NCBI GenBank assembly: GCA_017618055.1 | Contig: JAFZVB010000010.1 | Location: 31,631-95,630 of the forward strand | Reading direction: 5' to 3' | Length of the DNA: 64,000 nucleotides | Source: Clostridia bacterium | GTDB taxonomy: Bacteria; Bacillota; Clostridia; Christensenellales; CAG-917 | Part shown: piece by piece, positions 25,401 through 31,400 of the stretch | How the letters are laid out: every line of letters begins with the position of its first letter | Numbering within the stretch: the stretch's first letter is position 1 | Made by a program: the position numbers and the translations under genes | The notes under the pieces: generated by a model | Databases searched by the model: none | Seen by the model: only the letters and a program-made list of their open reading frames with translations | What the model was told of the DNA's origin: nothing

Positions 25401-28400
25401 CTTCACTTCTGCTATAACGTACTAATGAAGCAACTCTTTCTTGGCCTAAGTACTTGACATAATCCTTAACTGAAATGTACTCGCCTTCTCTGATGAATAC
25501 ATAGCCACCTTCATCGTTTTGTACATATCTATAAACTGGCGTATAAGTTGCCATTGTTTGTGGTAATGTATCTAACTTTTTAGCCTTGAGATATAAGCTC
25601 TTTAATACATGCATTTGTGTTGCATATAATACATATTCACCTGTTGAATCTTGTTCATATGTATAACCAATTATGATGTCTCCATCTTTTACTTCTGTTC
25701 TTGCATAACGTAATGTATCGGAGATGTCTGCCTTTACTCCATTTGCGAAGTAAATAGCATATTCATCAATTTGTAAGAAACGTCTATTGCTTGCGTATTC
25801 TTCTTCGCCAACTACTAGAACATGGCTACCAACTAAGCCACTAACTTGTCTGAAGCTGTCTACAACTTGGTCATAACGTGTTGCTACATCTACTCTCTTC
25901 TCTGCATCAACATATTGGCTTTCATATGATGAAACTGTTACATATGTTCCAACTTTATCAATTAAGCCAAATGTTCCGAATAAGTTTTCGAGATAGTCTG
26001 TAATTTCAACAGCAGCATTGATTTGTTCTTGAGATAACATCTCTTCTGCTTCTTTTCCTATTCTAATTGTTGCACCAATTCCTGTAGCCATATCAAAATA
26101 CATACCATTGGATAATGATGCTTCAAGTTCTAATGCTAATCCCTTGAATGGGTTAATTCCTTGTGAATTTACAAGGTTTGGATTATTAGCAAATCTAGAA
26201 TCATGGAAGAAGAGATAAATGCCACTATTTTGTTCATCTAATTCATATCCTTCAACAACGAATGGTTTGTTGAATAACATTTCGAGTAAGTTTGCAATGA
26301 TATTGCTCTTAAACTTAACTTTAACGTCATTTAATGTGTTGTATGTTTTGTTGATGAATGGAATGTTTTGTGTTCCAGTCTCGAAGATAATTGCTTCTAC
26401 AACACCGTTAAGAATCTTTGCAACCTTTTCGAGTGTTGACTCACCTTCATCTGCAGATGCTGTTGCTTCTCCACTATTGAGTATAGTAGATGCATCTACA
26501 TCAAACATTGATAAGATATCAAATAAGCTTGCTTTAATTGTTGGACCAGAAATTCCACTTAAATCAATTACGAGGTCACCATTTACAAGATAGATACCAA
26601 ATGTAACTTTGCTTTCGCTCTTATTCAATGAAATTTCGATACCTAAGTTAATTGCACTTAATAATGTTTGAATATCGAAGTTGAGTTCATCTAAATCACC
26701 TGTTGTTAAGAGTGATGTAATACCTAATACACCTAAGTCAATATTACCCTTGATTGAGAGTACGATATCGAGATCTAATGGCGCATTATATAATGCTTGG
26801 AATGATAAACTATTTGCAAGAGATCTTACCATTGGTCCAAGTAATTCACCAACTGATTCATTGTTTTCTAATGATACTAGTAAGTTTTGTACAAATGGTA
26901 ATTCAATTAATGCATCAAGGAGTTCATCCATATTTAATGATTGTTGTACATATAAACCTTCATTATCTTGAACGAATCTTCCATCTGATAATCTCTTTGT
27001 ATATCTTTGTGAAGGACTATAGTTCTTAGCCTTCTCACCTTCATATTTGAATGTTGTAGAAATGAACATATCTACGAACAAGTCAAGATCGAAGCTTAAG
27101 ATAGGATTTGTATTAAATACATCGAATCTATCAAAGTCATGTTCTTCGTCCAAATCTTGTCCGAATGTACGTGCATCTAAACGCTTGTAAACAGCTTCTG
27201 CCTTTACAGTTGTATCTTCAATTCTGAAGTAATGTTCACTAGCTTTATAGCTACCTGTTGCTGGATAGAAATATCCATCGAAGTATGTATAGAAATCACC
27301 TACAATTTGATCACCAACAATGTATTCTGATGTATCAAGCATTACAGGTTCTTTTACCCATCTTCCGTAACCAGTATCTTTTTCTTCATCTGTTAATTCA
27401 ACAAGAAGAATTCCAGCATAAACTGATTTTTCAATAGATGTCTTAATAGCAGCTATATCACTTTCTTGTGGAGCAAATGAAATCTTTGGAGATACAACAT
27501 TTAAGCCAAGTTTGAAGAAGTCTCTGTATACTTCTGTTGTATAAACTGTATTTCCATCAATATCTGTTTCAGAAATAGAGTTCTTTGGATCAAGAATTGA
27601 AGAATCAATATTTAATGCAAGAGCTGTATTTCTAATATCTAAGTCTAAGTCAATAGATAACTTGAGACCTAATTGTTGTAATAATTCTACAGCATTTCCT
27701 GCATCGCCTGTGCCGATAAGTGCACTTACGATTGAGAAAATAACTGCTTCTGTAATCTTTAATTGAATATCTCTTTCTGCAAGGTTAAGAATAATACCTG
27801 CATCTACTGTTCCTGGATCTGCTGCTGTTGTAGCTTCTCCATCAGTGCCGAAGTTAATTCCTAATCCACCTAATACTTTATTCAAGACATTTGTTAATAA
27901 TACTGCGAAGTTTGTTCCTTCAACAACAAAGTCATAATCAGAAAGGATTCCCATGTCAACATACAAGTTGCCATTTACGAGATAGAGTCCGAATAACATC
28001 TTTCTCTTTTCAAGGTCTCTTAATTCTAATAAGATTTGAGCCTTTGTTGAGTCTTTTGTATTGAGGTTTGCATCAAGTCTTAATTCCCAATTTACTCCAA
28101 TGTCACTTTCTACAGTAATACCAAACTTCAATGCTAATTCAGCAAGGAATACTGAGATGTAATCACCGATTGCATATGGGTTATCTTCACTAGCTTCTGC
28201 AAGTGAGAAATCGATTGCAATAGCTGCACTAATTGTTAAGTCTTCAAAGTTGAGAACGTTGTTGTATTCAGCTTTGTTGATAACAGTTTCTGTAACAGAT
28301 GCTGTATCGCTGAATGAGATTCTAATCTTTGAAAGTTCTAATCCGAGTGCAACTGGTGTAATGCCAAGACTGAATTCAAGACGATATTGATTGCCCCATT

Positions 28401-31400
28401 GTAATGCAAGGAAGCTACTGTCTGGGTCTATTGGGAAGAATTCCTTTAACCACTTAGATCTTGAACCATCTTCTAAGTCAATGTAATCATACATTGCATA
28501 TACATACTTATATGCTCCAGCGTTATCCTTTACAAAGTTAACTGCATAAAGAGTTCCTGTGAATGTCTTTCTGTCCTCATCTGAAATTGCAGCAAAGGAA
28601 CCATCACTTTGTTGCTTAAAGTATGTGCCATTGAATAATGTATAATTATCACCAATCTTGAAATATGCTTGGCCAGAGAATGTATAAATATTATCTATGA
28701 GATTGTAATTTTCTCCAGATTTTGTATAGAAATTGTTATCAAGTGAGATATAATCTGCTCTATATCTTGTTCCCTTGAATACATCTGACTTCTCTGCATC
28801 TGTTAATGCAATAGCAAATCCTTGTTCGCTTGTAGATGTATAATCTTCACCATCTGGGCTTTCAACAAACTTATAGTAATTTCCAACTAATTTTTGTGGT
28901 TCATTGTTGTAATAGAAGTATCTATCTCCAGCATATGTGTATAATTCTTCTGCAGGGATTAATACATAGTTTTCTCCATCCTTCTTATAGAGGTTGTTTG
29001 CTAATGAAACATATAATGGAGCATATCTCTTTTCTGGAGGATTTGATAAATCTTTAATCTTATAGAAGTAACCATTTGTATGTTTGAAATATTCACCACT
29101 TGTATCTTCTACAAATGTTACAGCATAACGATCTGCGAATGCGACTGTATTCAATTCACCTTCATCCAATTCAATATATTGGTCATTTCCATCTCCAACA
29201 ATGAGAGATACGATAAATGCAGCGAGGTTCTTTGCAAATGAAATCTTAATTTCATCCATGCTTGCTGTTACAGAGTAAATTGTATTACTGAGTAATGCTG
29301 GAAGATCACTTAAGATTCCACCTTCGCCGGTTAATCCAGCTAATAATCCACCACTTTCTTCTTCTGTTGCTGCTGGTTCAGCTGTTGCTGGATCTTGTGC
29401 TGGTGCTGGAGTTGCTTGAGATTCATCTTCTTTCTTTTCTTCATCGTTAGACTTGTCTAAACCAAGTAATGTTACAAGGTTTACACCATCTAAATAAATC
29501 TTTGTATTTTGAATAATGTTAAGATTTGATTCTAAGAACAATGTGCTGGATGCAACACCACCAACTTCACCTTGATAGATAAGTGAAAGTGTAATTAAGT
29601 TAGTATTATTGCCACCTGCAATATATTCACCCTTGTATAACTCAATTCTTAAATCAGAGTGAGATAATACATAGTTTACATCAAATCCATTTTCCCAATT
29701 GAATCTTGCAAGGAGTGCAATTCTAAATCCAATTGTTGTGCTAATATTGTGGTTTACACCGATTCTAACGAGTAATCCGTGTAAAATAGATTGAACTGTC
29801 TTGGAATCTTGAGATACAACTGCTGAAATCCAATCACCAACTGTCCAATCTTCATAGCCACCATTTGTTCCTTGCGCTGAGAGGTTAATTCCACCTGTCA
29901 ATTCAAGGTAAACTTGGTCAAGAGCTATGTTATTATTTGCATCAAGTAATGTGATTGATTCAAATTTGTCTTCATTTAATAAAACATTATCTGCATCAAC
30001 TTGTTTCAATTCACCAATTTGTAATGCAATCTTATCAATAGAGATATCAAGACCATTCTCATCATCACCATTTTCGTCTACTATACCAAAGTGGATAGAA
30101 GCACCTAATCTAGATAAGAGGTCTGCCATCTTTTTGAATTTTGTTCCTGTGTATGTTGGTTCTGCTATAACATAATCACCATACTTGTTATTTAATGCAT
30201 ATTCACCATTCTTATTTTCAACGAACTTATATGTTCCTGCTGCATCTTCTACATATTCAGGAGCAATTGCGAGTTTTAACCATAATGCAATACCTGGTAA
30301 ATCAAGAGCAAGCTTATCTGCAAGAAGTTGTGTTAAACCATCAACTAATTTAACCATGAATCCAGTTGAAGAGATTTCTGCTTGAATGATGATAGCAAGT
30401 TTTTGTTTATCTGCTGCTGTTAATGCAAGTGTTGAATCAGAAGATGTTGTTCCTTCGGATGCTGGATTAATTCTAATAACATCTTTAGCATACTTGTATG
30501 TTCCATTTTCATCATCTCTTGTGTAAACATCATTGCCTTCTGCATCTTTAGACTTTGTATATCTTGGTCCAGCATATCCGCCTTCTGCTACTGGCTTTAA
30601 TTCATCGCCCTTAAGTTCAATATAAGCATCCTTAAGGATGAGATTCATAATTAACTCAAATAAATCTAATTTAATTGCTACTCTATCAATACCGAAGTTT
30701 GTTGCATCAAGATATAATTCACCACCCATATAGTATAATCCTAATAACAATTTAACTTCTGAGCTTTGAGATACTTTTTCAAGTTCAACTAAAAGTTGAG
30801 AATTATTCTTGTCTGTATAAATGTCTCTTTCACCATTGAGATATGCAAAGAGTGGATAGAAATCTAAGCTTGCTTGGACCTTCATATTATATCTTACATC
30901 AATTGCTTCAAGAATTTGAATTGCAGAGGATGTCAAATCACCAATATCATATCCTGCTTCTGCCATTGCATTTATTAAGAGTTCATTTTGGTTAAGGTCT
31001 ATTGTATCTTCAGCGATTCTAATATGCATACCGCCCTCAAGATCTAACCATACATATGGAGCCACAAAGATATCAATATATTCATCTTTGTCTTCAACGT
31101 GTAATGTATCAGAGTTAATTGCTAAATCAAATCCGCCTATTGTAATATTGAGTTCAAGTTGGTTATTGAGTGTAGCAAATAACATAATTTCTAATTGAGA
31201 TAAGTCTAAGCCGTCTTTGAATGAAATTCTTAATCCGCCATTTCCTTCTGCATCGAAGATAGAAATGGAAATTGTATCTCCAAAGTTTACACCTAATGCT
31301 TCGAGGAGGTTGTTAATTAAGTTTGTAGCAAGACCGATTTCGATATAATCTCTACTAATTGTTACATCGCCCATAATTGCAGCGAGTAATGCAATAATAT

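Noticed and set aside
17700-25935. The Tyr-rich R-Y...D-x-x-G-x-Y-V segments as Rhs/YD-repeat toxin shells.
   Set aside because: I could not find the regular YD consensus spacing, an Rhs core (PxxxxDPxGL) or a C-terminal toxin tip. The segments are insertions within other modules.
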